From Escherichia phage vB_EcoM_ESCO49: 64,000 bases of DNA. Location of the stretch: sequence record OM386663.1. One strand, 5' to 3'. Both the position numbers and the translations under genes were made by a program. Numbering within the stretch: the stretch's first letter is position 1; each line of letters begins with the position of its first letter. The notes beneath the pieces were generated by a model. It had not been told where the DNA came from. It saw only the letters and a program-made list of their open reading frames with translations, and ran no database searches. This document shows positions 35,845 through 44,812 of this stretch, piece by piece.

Positions 35845-36344
35845 TTTACGAAGAAAGATACAAGATAGATTACCAGAAGACTGGTCATCATGTCTCCCTA
35901 AGAGTAACAAAACCGAATGGAGATACCGGTATCATAGCACATTTTGGTGGTGATTATTGGTACGGTACAGGTTGCTTTGAAGGCTACACTCAAGAATACT
36001 TGAAAGCTTTCTACAGAGACTTTACAAATGACTACAACAGGCTTGTTGACGAAAAGAATAAGTGCATTAAGCATGAACACCGTGCCAGAGGTTGCCTAAG
36101 TATTGTTATGGTACTGGCGTTCTTCTTAGCAATGTTACTGACAGTATCAGTAATTAGCTGCATAGCTCAAGATTTGACAATTACACAGATTACTGCAAAG
36201 CTACATGATATCTGGTACTTGTATGTTGTTCCTTTAGCTGGTATCATCATCTCACTAATGAGGTTCAGAGTTCATAAGAAACGACTTAAGGACTCTGAAG
36301 TTAAACTTGAAGAGGTAAGTAAAGAATGCAACCTACAATTATAG
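35841..36344 (+). CDS. hypothetical membrane protein (two predicted TM helices; holin not excluded)
   Basis: start at MIYEERYK overlapping upstream stop (ATGA); hydrophobic stretches LSIVMVLAFFLAMLLTV and LYVVPLAGIIISLM. Confidence 0.4.
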   Translation: MIYEERYKIDYQKTGHHVSLRVTKPNGDTGIIAHFGGDYWYGTGCFEGYTQEYLKAFYRDFTNDYNRLVDEKNKCIKHEHRARGCLSIVMVLAFFLAMLLTVSVISCIAQDLTITQITAKLHDIWYLYVVPLAGIIISLMRFRVHKKRLKDSEVKLEEVSKECNLQL

Positions 36345-36420
36345 CTTTATGTGTTCGTTTTGCAATCGCTGAAATGATTAACAAGGCAATCTTAAAAGAC
36401 GCCTATGGAGAGACTAAGTA

Positions 36421-36645
36421 ATGATTAAGACACCTGTACCAATTTTTGGATTTCCTTCTATAGAAGAATTTAAAGTTTATCTTGACAAAAACTTCTACAA
36501 CGAGCAGCCTGTTACTTTACTGAAGAGTGACTTATCAGAGCTTCTTGATATGATTATCAAGGCAACTCCTGAGAAGGAACCTGAACAGAAAGCTGAGAAG
36601 AAGACTAGTAAGAAATCCGATAAGAAGACTGAAAAGTCTGAGTAA
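36421..36645 (+). CDS. hypothetical protein with Lys/Glu-rich tail
   Basis: 74 aa; RBS GGAGAG. Confidence 0.35.
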   Translation: MIKTPVPIFGFPSIEEFKVYLDKNFYNEQPVTLLKSDLSELLDMIIKATPEKEPEQKAEKKTSKKSDKKTEKSE

Positions 36646-36697
36646 TAACTTAGGGGTTACTTGATAGCCCCTTTGTAGAAACTTAGAAGGTAGCGAA

Positions 36698-37108
36698 ATG
36701 AAAATTAAAGAAGTAGTCCAAAAAGCAATGCTTGACAACTCAACTAAAGATGAAATGTACAATGATATTTGTGATAAGTTGAATTGCTCAAGACATGCTG
36801 CTAAGATTCTTGTGCACTGTTTTATCTGGGAATGCTCAGAAGCTGGTGAGAATCTAAAAGAACCTGAAGTGAAAACAGTCCCTAAAGTTGGTAATGTATA
36901 CCGTCTTAAAGACTTCAAGACTGGAAAGATTGTTGCAAAAGGTGTAGTAGAGTCTGTCTATCATGATGGTAAATACTTACTTAAAATATTTGAATATGAT
37001 AGCCGCTATACACACTTGTGCGGTCTTACATTCTTAGTAACAGAAGAAGACCTCATTAAAAACAATGACAACAAGTTTGCAGTACCAGATTACCAAGTTT
37101 TACGATAA
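36698..37108 (+). CDS. hypothetical protein
   Basis: 136 aa. Confidence 0.4.
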   Translation: MKIKEVVQKAMLDNSTKDEMYNDICDKLNCSRHAAKILVHCFIWECSEAGENLKEPEVKTVPKVGNVYRLKDFKTGKIVAKGVVESVYHDGKYLLKIFEYDSRYTHLCGLTFLVTEEDLIKNNDNKFAVPDYQVLR

Positions 37109-37121
37109 TGGTGTGATAGCT

Positions 37122-37670
37122 ATGGAAAAAGATAACTTAAAAGAAGTTGAAGGTAACTACCTAGTCCTTGACTGGAGTGATATTCGAGAAGCATTATCCA
37201 AAGAAAGCCTTGACATACTGGAGCAGCTTGTCTTCTCAGTACGACATATCAGAGAAGTTAGGAATGGTAAAGAGCCACTTGAAGGAATCTTTGTAGAGAA
37301 GTCTTATCCGTTCTATGAAGACACTTTACAGAAAGTTAAAATGTACTTTAAACAGAAGAACCGTAAAGTGGTCACTATGGTATCTCTTGGTGGGCAGAGT
37401 ATGTCTATTATGGAAGATATCAATCCTAAGAGACCAAGTAAGGGTGTCTGTATAAAAATCACAGGGCATGAAGAGTATATCTCAATTGATGATTTTAGTG
37501 CACTCTGTAATGGTTCTGCTGTCTTTAATGGGTTTCACTATGATATCCGAGTGTACCCAATCAAGGGAGATGCTGTTATGATGCAGATATTTGATATCAA
37601 TGGTGGATTTACTCATTTTTATCAGACAACCAAGTCATCATTGAAGACAGTTTTAGAAAGTCTGATTTAA
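37122..37670 (+). CDS. hypothetical protein
   Basis: start placed at MEKDNLKEVEG to avoid overlap with upstream gene; start uncertain. Confidence 0.35.
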   Translation: MEKDNLKEVEGNYLVLDWSDIREALSKESLDILEQLVFSVRHIREVRNGKEPLEGIFVEKSYPFYEDTLQKVKMYFKQKNRKVVTMVSLGGQSMSIMEDINPKRPSKGVCIKITGHEEYISIDDFSALCNGSAVFNGFHYDIRVYPIKGDAVMMQIFDINGGFTHFYQTTKSSLKTVLESLI

Positions 37671-37680
37671 AATATCTTAA

Positions 37681-37708
37681 GAGCCTCCTTAATTGGGGGC
37701 TTTTTATT
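37681..37708 (+). terminator. terminator-like hairpin
   Basis: AGCCTCC/GGGGGCT stem followed by TTTTTATT, end of plus-strand block. Confidence 0.5.
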
Positions 37709-37710
37709 GA

Positions 37711-39360
37711 GTGAAAATTACGAAATTTATAATTTTTATAAAATTTTATCGGTTGTCCCAACCTCTGGGTCACCATCATACGTGAATAAAATATCTATCC
37801 TTCTTAACAACCTTCTTAATCTTACTCTCTATATAGTTATATAGTACTATATAGTATCTTAGTAACTATCTAGTGGTCTTAATAGCCTCTCTGTATAACC
37901 CTTCTAACAAGCCTTCTAACAAGCCCTCTAAACACTCTTCTAACAAGCCTTCTTAATAACCTATACAATCACCTTAACCATCCCTCTATACCCTCTTAGA
38001 AGCTCCTATACACCTCTTAATCTCTATGTTACCTATGATACCCTCTATAGGTGTTCACTAGGCACTACTAAGCCTCTATATAGACTGTTTTAACAAACTT
38101 AACAGGAATATCTTTACAGACCTTATCTCACAAGGCCTAACACGGTACTAACAAGGTATCTTATAAACCTGTTTATGCCTGTATTTTAGAAAGACTGTAT
38201 AGGTAATTATTCAGAATTTTAATTTTTTTTATAAAATAGGACTGTCAAGTCATTTTTTAGGGTCTTTGAAGGAACTCAAAAATATCTGTCTAGGATGTAT
38301 ATCTGCTTGGTAGCCCTTAACAGCCCTGTAACATCCCCTTTGCAAAATTTTAAAATATCATTAACAAACTCTTAACAACTCTCTCAAGCTCTTAACATCT
38401 CTCCAAAGGTCTTAACAAATTCTTAATAGTTTTAACAAGAGGGTAACAAATTTCTAACAAGTGCTGAAAAGGCTTTACAGAATCTTAACAGATGATTAAC
38501 AAGAGCTAACAAGTTAATTTTTAAGGGTTATTTTGTTAAGATAATTAACAAGTTCCTAACAAGTATTTAACCTTTTTAACAAGCTATTAACATGGTCACT
38601 ACTCTTTTCTTATCGTTCCCTTTCTCTCTTAGTGATTCTCTAAACATACCTTTTAAAAGCTCTCTATAGCTCCTTGTAAGCTCTTTTAAGCCTCTTCCTA
38701 GTAATTACACCCCAACTATACAGACACCTCTTTATAGAGCTTTACAGGAGCTTTTAAGGCTATGTCAAAGACTCTTACAAGGCTTTTACATGGTATTAAC
38801 AGAGATTTAACAAGGGGCTAACAAGTTGCTAACAAGCATAACTATGTAGGGATTGTTAAGAATTTGTTAAAAAGATGTTAAAGGGGCTAGCATTTACGTA
38901 ACTTTTACGTAACTTTTGAGTAACTTTATAGCCCCTATAACATACTTTTAAGACACTATCAAGCCCTTTTTAGTAGTTCACGAGATACTAGTCAGCCTAT
39001 AAGCTTATACCCTTATAAGGTTCTTTTAAGCCTCTAGAAAGCTTTATAAAGGGCTTTTAAGGGTGAGGTAATGCAATCCCTTAAGTTATATTGATAAGGC
39101 TGTTATAGGGCTTTATAGGGCGTTTTAGGGGTTGCCCTTCCCTTTCGGGTTATGGGCTTGTATTTAAGGGAAAGATTAGTTGATTTGATAAAAGGCTATA
39201 GAATAAGCTATAGAGTTATTGCTTTTTAAGGTATGGGATAGAGTCTATCGAACCAGTGGGGAGATTCTGGAAAGGTGAGGGAAAGGGTTGTATAAGGATT
39301 CGATAGACGTAAAAAAGCCCCATTTAAGGGGCTGTATAAAGGTATCTGGGGCTATTTAGC
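37711..39360. repeat. 1.65 kb ORF-free, G-poor region with at least 14 exact TAACAAG iterons plus CTATAG-rich and ACGTAACTTTT repeats; candidate origin or regulatory array
   Basis: no ORF of 60 aa or more on either strand; motif counted by eye (3 near 37905-37950, 1 near 38147, 7 in 38430-38580, 3 in 38800-38850). Confidence 0.6.
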
Positions 39361-39373
39361 CCCGCTGCGTCGA

Positions 39374-39622
39374 TTAGTTGTAACCTTGTTTGCTGTAGTA
39401 CAGAGAGATAATCAAGTCACCCCAATAATGATAGTGATGCTCATCGTTTAGTGCCTCTTTTACGGCATCTTTCCAAAAGTCATCAGTTGGGTTATAGTCT
39501 GGGATAACTTGCTTGATAACTGTCTTCACTAAGGAAAAGCATTCATCAGTTCCACCGATATCAAATTTAACATCCAGAGTATAACAGCCATAAGCGTTTA
39601 CAGTTGCGCGGATAGTTGCCAT
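39374..39622 (-). CDS. hypothetical early protein
   Basis: 82 aa from MATIRATVNA; start preceded by cassette RBS CTGGAGAATC. Confidence 0.45.
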   Translation of the reverse strand: MATIRATVNAYGCYTLDVKFDIGGTDECFSLVKTVIKQVIPDYNPTDDFWKDAVKEALNDEHHYHYWGDLIISLYYSKQGYN

Positions 39623-39716
39623 TTTTAGATTCTCCAGTTTAGGAAGTAGTTTAAGGACTTTATTTAGTGGGGAGGTCATACCCTCCCCGTTGATTGACAA
39701 TTTACAGATTTTTGAT
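39623..39716 (-). promoter_or_regulatory. early promoter/hairpin/RBS cassette, type A
   Basis: minus strand: TTGACG-N17-TAAATT, hairpin GGGGAGG-n7-CCTCCCC, RBS GGAGA, ATG. Confidence 0.55.
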
Positions 39717-40232
39717 TGTATCGTCAATGTCTTTTTCAATATCTTTTAAAGTTTTTTCTAAGTTCTTGATATTGAAAGATAAGCCCTCTCCCAATGTCTT
39801 AGAGTAAACATCAGGGCGCAAGTCATGCAGTTCGATTTCTTCCACTTCAAAGAGACTAACCAGTTCACCGCTTACATTGTAAGCCATTGAAACAGTATTT
39901 ACAGGGGCTTTGTAAAACTTGTTCAACGACTTGATAGACCGTTCATAAGCCATTTTATAACCGTTTAAAAGGTTTTTAACGTGATTGCGAACGTTTTTAC
40001 ACTCATCTAAGTAAATCCCTAAGAATAACGGCAATAACTCCGCTATAGCTTGCATAAAGTGAGAGACCACAACGGTTGCAACATTACGACGATGAACGTA
40101 ATAAGCCCCTTTTCCTGATTTAGTGATAGTTGCAAAGTGTACACCATTGCAGCGAAATTCGTAGGTATCTTTAACAGGTTTAGACATTACAGCATTTGAA
40201 CGAATGAAGTTGATAGCTTTGAACTTGTTCAT
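39702..40232 (-). CDS. hypothetical early protein
   Basis: 177 aa from MNKFKAINF; ORF-track N-terminus MTSPLNKVL is read-through of the cassette. Confidence 0.45.
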   Translation of the reverse strand: MNKFKAINFIRSNAVMSKPVKDTYEFRCNGVHFATITKSGKGAYYVHRRNVATVVVSHFMQAIAELLPLFLGIYLDECKNVRNHVKNLLNGYKMAYERSIKSLNKFYKAPVNTVSMAYNVSGELVSLFEVEEIELHDLRPDVYSKTLGEGLSFNIKNLEKTLKDIEKDIDDTIKNL

Positions 40233-40320
40233 TTTGAATCTCCAGTTTAGGACTTTATTTAGCGGGGAGGTCATCCCTCCCGTTGATTAGTACTTTACTT
40301 GTTTTGATAGCTGATTGCAA
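40233..40320 (-). promoter_or_regulatory. early promoter/hairpin/RBS cassette, type A variant
   Basis: TTGCAA-N17-TAAAGT, hairpin GGGAGGG-n5-CCTCCCC, RBS. Confidence 0.5.
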
Positions 40321-40448
40321 GCAATTTTTTAAGTTTATCTATAAAGAGTCTTTTAAGTGAATCCCTTTTAGATAAACCCCCTCGAACAAATCTACCAATG
40401 TCAAGGGGTGTTGTCAATACTTTTTGAAAGTTTTTTGTAAGTTATTGA

Positions 40449-40790
40449 TTAACTGATAAATATTTTTTCAGGCTTTACATAGCTGATACGTTGGATTTTT
40501 AGTAGGTCATTCCAGATTAATGCGGCAATATGAGAATAGCCGGATTCACGTAGAAGCTTCATTGTTTTACTTCTTGTTTCAAATCGGTTTACGTAGTACT
40601 CACTATTTAAAACCGTTTTATTGCCTTCATTGTCCACATGGATAATCTGCATTACTTGAAAGGGGCTTACATCCTCGCCTTTATTCCATTGTTCAAAGTA
40701 TTTTAGGCACTGCATAGGTGACATCTTATCACTAACCTGCGTTGACCAAGATGCGCCAGCTTTATCAGCAATTACGGTTACATAAGCCAT
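40449..40790 (-). CDS. hypothetical early protein
   Basis: 113 aa. Confidence 0.45.
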   Translation of the reverse strand: MAYVTVIADKAGASWSTQVSDKMSPMQCLKYFEQWNKGEDVSPFQVMQIIHVDNEGNKTVLNSEYYVNRFETRSKTMKLLRESGYSHIAALIWNDLLKIQRISYVKPEKIFIS

Positions 40791-40882
40791 TTTTGAATCT
40801 CCAGTTTAGGGTTTTATTTAGTGGGGAGGTCATACCCTCCCCGTTGATTGACAATTTACAGATTTTTATCCGGCTTGTCTAG
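40791..40882 (-). promoter_or_regulatory. early promoter/hairpin/RBS cassette, type A
   Basis: TAGACA-N17-TAAATT, same hairpin and RBS as 39623-39716. Confidence 0.55.
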
Positions 40883-41112
40883 TCTTTTTCAATGATAATT
40901 TCATCTTGGCCGTCAACACTGTCAAAATAGATTCCGTCGTCATCTTCTGTCTTAAAGTAGCATTTTATATCATCACTTGCGGGATAGTCTTGTCTTGCTA
41001 TCTGGCAAACTTGAATAGCATTTTCTTTACTTCCTGAAAACTCCTCAAGCCCTTTAAAGTCGCATGAATACCCATTACAGGTGGAAAGGATGAGATAAAC
41101 GGTTATAAGCAT
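40879..41112 (-). CDS. hypothetical secreted protein or lipoprotein
   Basis: 77 aa; N-terminal hydrophobic segment ending ILSTC; acidic C-terminus; preceded by a different hairpin GGCCC-n5-GGGCC. Confidence 0.4.
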   Translation of the reverse strand: MLITVYLILSTCNGYSCDFKGLEEFSGSKENAIQVCQIARQDYPASDDIKCYFKTEDDDGIYFDSVDGQDEIIIEKD

Positions 41113-41175
41113 GATTTAAGCCCCCTAAATGGCCCTGTACGGGCCTTAAGTTGGAAATTGGTGTCTTTGTATGGT

Positions 41176-41739
41176 TTAGCCTAAAAAGTCGCTCATATTG
41201 CGTTCTGTGAGGCTGTTGGTAATTTTGTCCAGTAGGTCACAATACACAGAGCTATCACCGCTATTCTGTACAATTTTTGCAATACTCAACAAATCATCGT
41301 CAATATAGCCCAAATTGCGGTTAGTTGTATCAGGTACAAAGAAAGGCGCATACATCGCACTAAAATTCGCGGAGTGGATACCAACAATCCAATTTTTATC
41401 AAAGTAACCTGTAAAGCTGGCGATGTCGCTCATATTGTCACAAGAATAATCGTCCTCAAGTTCTTCCTCTGGGATATCCATCTCAATTACAATCACTTCC
41501 TGCGTTTCCATTTGGAAAGCTGCCGTAATAAGCCCCGACTCTAAAGCATTTTGAATGCAGCGTTCACGGATGTAAGAAGCTTCTTCATCTTCCAGGCATT
41601 CCGTTTTGATAATCTTATCCATCGGGTAAACGTAAAAACAATCATCCATGTAAGAGCAGTTCCAGATACCCTCCGGCTTGTCGCCACCTTTAAGCAGGTT
41701 TACAAAGTTTTTCAGAGTAGTGCCGTGATAGCATTTCAT
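41176..41739 (-). CDS. hypothetical early protein
   Basis: 187 aa; acidic. Confidence 0.45.
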   Translation of the reverse strand: MKCYHGTTLKNFVNLLKGGDKPEGIWNCSYMDDCFYVYPMDKIIKTECLEDEEASYIRERCIQNALESGLITAAFQMETQEVIVIEMDIPEEELEDDYSCDNMSDIASFTGYFDKNWIVGIHSANFSAMYAPFFVPDTTNRNLGYIDDDLLSIAKIVQNSGDSSVYCDLLDKITNSLTERNMSDFLG

Positions 41740-41838
41740 TTTTGAATCTCCAGTTTAGGATTTAGTGGTAAAGCTCTTTATCTGGGGCTTACTATATCGA
41801 ACTATAAGCCCCTTGTAAAGTACTTTATTTGTTATTTT
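41740..41838 (-). promoter_or_regulatory. early promoter/hairpin/RBS cassette, type B
   Basis: TTTACA-N17-TATAGT with hairpin GGGGCTTA-n13-TAAGCCCC spanning spacer and -10; shared 3' part CCACTAAATCCTAAACTGGAGATTCAAAA-ATG. Confidence 0.55.
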
Positions 41839-42028
41839 TTACAACTTTTAAAACTGCAAGATAGCCTAAGCAATAGGAATCACCAAAGAGAGTCCTACCC
41901 ATGAAAGAATCTTCTTTAATATCCTTTGCAGTGACAGTTTTTTCTACGCCGTGGGAAAGGACTACATCACCAACTTTAATGTCTTTGATGTGTGTAGTTT
42001 CAATGGTTAAACCGTTAATAATAGCCAT
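41825..42028 (-). CDS. hypothetical early protein
   Basis: 67 aa. Confidence 0.4.
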   Translation of the reverse strand: MAIINGLTIETTHIKDIKVGDVVLSHGVEKTVTAKDIKEDSFMGRTLFGDSYCLGYLAVLKVVKNNK

Positions 42029-42122
42029 TTTTGAATCTCCAGTTTAGGGTTTTATTTAGTGGGGAGGTCATACCCTCCCCGTTGATGTGTAATTTAATCT
42101 ATCTAAAAACCAGTGTCAACAA
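42029..42122 (-). promoter_or_regulatory. early promoter/hairpin/RBS cassette, type A
   Basis: TTGACA-N17-TAAATT then hairpin GGGGAGG-n7-CCTCCCC then RBS. Confidence 0.6.
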
Positions 42123-42127
42123 AATTT

Positions 42128-42532
42128 TTAGAGTTCTGCATAAATTGCATCACAGACATCACGAAAATCGTGATTTGTCAAATTACGCTGTAACCAAGTG
42201 GCGAAAAAATCAGCGATTGCATAATTGGCATCATACTCGACGGATAGCCATACTTTAACAGCAAATCGAAACATCTTTAAATCAAGCTCTTTATTCATTA
42301 CCTTTGATTTGCCTAACATGTCGGACATTTCATATTGTGCGCCGTCTAGCGTGATACCTGCTGCAACGTCAGCCAATGAACTTTTTACGTTTTTAACGTC
42401 TAAAATAACGCTTTGAATCTTTCCGATAATGTTGTGCAATGTTTCATCTGGCGCTGCTGATGTCATCACATTAATCCGGTTGACGGTCAAACGTGCTTTT
42501 AAGATAGATAATTCACGGTTATTAATAGCCAT
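42128..42532 (-). CDS. hypothetical early protein
   Basis: 134 aa. Confidence 0.45.
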   Translation of the reverse strand: MAINNRELSILKARLTVNRINVMTSAAPDETLHNIIGKIQSVILDVKNVKSSLADVAAGITLDGAQYEMSDMLGKSKVMNKELDLKMFRFAVKVWLSVEYDANYAIADFFATWLQRNLTNHDFRDVCDAIYAEL

Positions 42533-42617
42533 TTTTGAATCTCCAATTTAGGATTTAGTGGTAAAGCTCTTTATCTGGGGCTTACTATATCGAACTATAA
42601 GCCCCTTGTAAAGTACT
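42533..42617 (-). promoter_or_regulatory. early promoter/hairpin/RBS cassette, type B
   Basis: near-identical to 41740-41838. Confidence 0.55.
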
Positions 42618-42890
42618 TTAAACTAAATGCAGCTTTTTGCCTTTTACCATGATGTAACTTGATGCGCTATTGCTACAAACATCCTGATAAATTCTGCGCA
42701 AACGCCCTTTATAGTGTACTTTCCAGCTGGTTGGAATCTTTTTACCGTATCCCGTAGCAGTTTTTTGGAATCCTGCAAGTTGCCAATTCAAAATATGCTG
42801 TTCAGCTTGTAAATCCTCAAAGTGCATTATGCCGTTCACATAGTGGCGTAGGGTTACGTTTAAGGTGCGACCGTTGTTAGTAGTATACAT
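42618..42890 (-). CDS. hypothetical early protein
   Basis: 90 aa from MYTTNNGRTL; ORF-track extension is cassette read-through. Confidence 0.45.
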   Translation of the reverse strand: MYTTNNGRTLNVTLRHYVNGIMHFEDLQAEQHILNWQLAGFQKTATGYGKKIPTSWKVHYKGRLRRIYQDVCSNSASSYIMVKGKKLHLV

Positions 42891-42978
42891 TTTTGAATCT
42901 CCTAGTTTAAGGGTTTTATTTAGTGGGGGGTTATCGCCCCCGTTGATGTGCAATTTAATCTATCTAAAAACCAGTGTC
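42891..42978 (-). promoter_or_regulatory. early promoter/hairpin/RBS cassette, type A variant
   Basis: TTGACA-N17-TAAATT; hairpin GGGGGCGATAACCCCCC. Confidence 0.55.
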
Positions 42979-43309
42979 AAGCATTTTGTTTTCGTTTGCT
43001 CATTTCTTGAGCAATTACAGCGTAGTAGTCTTTTAAGTCACTGGTATTTAAAGCATTTATCAGGGAATTATAATCATCAACTAACTGAAAATCATCTTTG
43101 AAGATGTCACTAATCTGGTATGTTCTCGCTTTAAATCTGAAGCTCATCTCTAGCCGCTTTATTTGCTCATCACTTAAACGCTCCAGGAAGCTCATTACAA
43201 GGCTATTATTAACCTGTTGTGTGATAGCCTTATCTGCTAAATTATAGGCTTTATATGCCTTATACAGCGCGAAAATGGCTATAATGGCGGTGACGCCGGT
43301 CATTAACAT
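42977..43309 (-). CDS. hypothetical membrane protein
   Basis: 110 aa; N-terminal TM segment; start overlaps stop of a 26-codon upstream micro-ORF. Confidence 0.45.
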   Translation of the reverse strand: MLMTGVTAIIAIFALYKAYKAYNLADKAITQQVNNSLVMSFLERLSDEQIKRLEMSFRFKARTYQISDIFKDDFQLVDDYNSLINALNTSDLKDYYAVIAQEMSKRKQNA

Positions 43310-43383
43310 GGTGTTTCCTCTTTGAAATCAATTTTATTAAGTGACTTGCTTAGATTTTCACGGACCTTATTTGATAATTTCAT

Positions 43384-43470
43384 TTTTTGAATCTCCAGTT
43401 TAGGATTTAGTGGTAAAGCTCTTTATCTGGGGCTATCTTATCAGCTTGATAACCCCGTGTAAAAAGGTCT
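43384..43470 (-). promoter_or_regulatory. early promoter/hairpin/RBS cassette, type B variant
   Basis: TTTACA-N17-TAAGAT; cassette ATG opens the 26-codon micro-ORF. Confidence 0.5.
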
Positions 43471-43472
43471 AT

Positions 43473-43985
43473 TTAGTCCTTAAAGATATTCATCACTGAA
43501 TCTTTTAATGCTTCCAATTGCTCCAGTACTTCAGATTCTGCGCCTGAATTGCTCACTTCCTCTTTTAGTCTATCCTCTAAATCAACGCCGTCACTATAAC
43601 ACCAATCAAAAGCATAACCAAGATAAAAACTTTCTAAAACCGTTTTGCCGTTTACATCTACAACTTTCGCGGCAAGGATGTATTCTGAAGCCTCTAAATC
43701 TCTTTCTAGTTCTTCCTGTAAGCTGACATAAGCCTCTTTTGATGGATTTTCCCGGCCCTGTTTTGCATAGTCACTTGAAAGCTGTTTAAGGCTATAATTT
43801 AAAGGGATTGCATATTTAAAGGCATTATGACGATAGTTGGGGTTTTTAATAGTCACGCCGCCTTGATGGTCGTCTGTAAACTCCCAATCAGCAAGATTAT
43901 GGCTTGACTCGTAGCAGTTTACCGCTTCATAGATGATTGAAAATTTTTCTTTTACAACTTCAAAAGTAGCGTCTACAGTTTTCAT
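43473..43985 (-). CDS. hypothetical early protein
   Basis: 170 aa; acidic C-terminal half. Confidence 0.45.
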   Translation of the reverse strand: MKTVDATFEVVKEKFSIIYEAVNCYESSHNLADWEFTDDHQGGVTIKNPNYRHNAFKYAIPLNYSLKQLSSDYAKQGRENPSKEAYVSLQEELERDLEASEYILAAKVVDVNGKTVLESFYLGYAFDWCYSDGVDLEDRLKEEVSNSGAESEVLEQLEALKDSVMNIFKD

Positions 43986-44071
43986 TTTAGAATCTCCAGT
44001 TTAGGGGTTTAGTGATAAAGCTCTTTATCTGGGGCTTACTATATCGAACTATAAGCCCCTTGTAAAGTACT
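43986..44071 (-). promoter_or_regulatory. early promoter/hairpin/RBS cassette, type B
   Basis: same module as 41740-41838. Confidence 0.55.
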
Positions 44072-44455
44072 TTATTTGTTAATTTTGAAAATTGTCACAT
44101 AGCCATCGCTCCCGATAATTTGAGATACTCCAGCTTTTTCTACTGAATAGCCCATATTCTCAAGATGATAAACAGCATCATCATAACCATATGCGCCGCC
44201 CTGATAACGTCTCTTATCACATCTTATCAGGTTTTTACCACGTCCTGCAAGTGCATTTAGTACGGCTTTTTCACTTGAAAGCGTACCATCTAACATTGTT
44301 GCCGTGTAGTGGTTGATTCTGTTCCCGTTAATATCATACTTAAAATTGAACGAGTGAACAACAACTATTTTATCGTTAAATTTTTCATCAAGCGCCTTCT
44401 CTAATACATTACGGAAATTTTCTTTATTGATGAATTTAGGTGCACGATATGCCAT
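44072..44455 (-). CDS. hypothetical early protein
   Basis: 127 aa. Confidence 0.45.
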   Translation of the reverse strand: MAYRAPKFINKENFRNVLEKALDEKFNDKIVVVHSFNFKYDINGNRINHYTATMLDGTLSSEKAVLNALAGRGKNLIRCDKRRYQGGAYGYDDAVYHLENMGYSVEKAGVSQIIGSDGYVTIFKINK

Positions 44456-44543
44456 TTTTGAATCTCCTAGTTTAAGGTTGTTGATAAAGCTCTTTATCTG
44501 GGGCTTAAGATATCAACTTTTAAGCCCCTTGTAAAGTACTTTA
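44456..44543 (-). promoter_or_regulatory. early promoter/hairpin/RBS cassette, type B variant
   Basis: TTTACA-N17-TATCTT; hairpin GGGGCTTAA-n11-TTAAGCCCC. Confidence 0.5.
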
Positions 44544-44750
44544 TTAGATATCGTAGTAATAAACTGCTGTCTGTCTTATGTGCTTTCTTGTGTTTCTTGT
44601 AAGGTAGCAATTAGAGTTTATAGCCGTTTCTACATAATTGCAATAGTCAGACTCTGAAATTCTGGACCATGCGCCGCAAATTTGCATGTAAAAACGTTTT
44701 ACATTTGTGTTAACGTTAGTTGTGACCATCAATTCACGACCGTATAGCAT
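44544..44750 (-). CDS. hypothetical early protein
   Basis: 68 aa; Cys-containing. Confidence 0.4.
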   Translation of the reverse strand: MLYGRELMVTTNVNTNVKRFYMQICGAWSRISESDYCNYVETAINSNCYLTRNTRKHIRQTAVYYYDI

Positions 44751-44812
44751 TTTTAGATTCTCCTAGTTTAAGGCTATCGGGCTTATCGCCCTGTCTGATG
44801 CAAATACTAGAT
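44751..44812 (-). promoter_or_regulatory. partial cassette (RBS half plus short hairpin GGGC-n5-GCCC)
   Basis: CATTTTTAGATTCTCCTAGTTTAAGG shared with other cassettes. Confidence 0.4.

Noticed and set aside
37711-39360. Short TAACAAG repeats could be a CRISPR array or satellite
   Set aside because: Motifs are 7-8 bp with irregular spacing and embedded in varying context; no repeat-spacer periodicity.
39623-40274. ORF-track N-terminal extensions containing MTSPLNKVL in two adjacent genes
   Set aside because: The shared peptide is the translation of the conserved cassette hairpin; true starts are the downstream ATGs with RBS (39622 and 40232).
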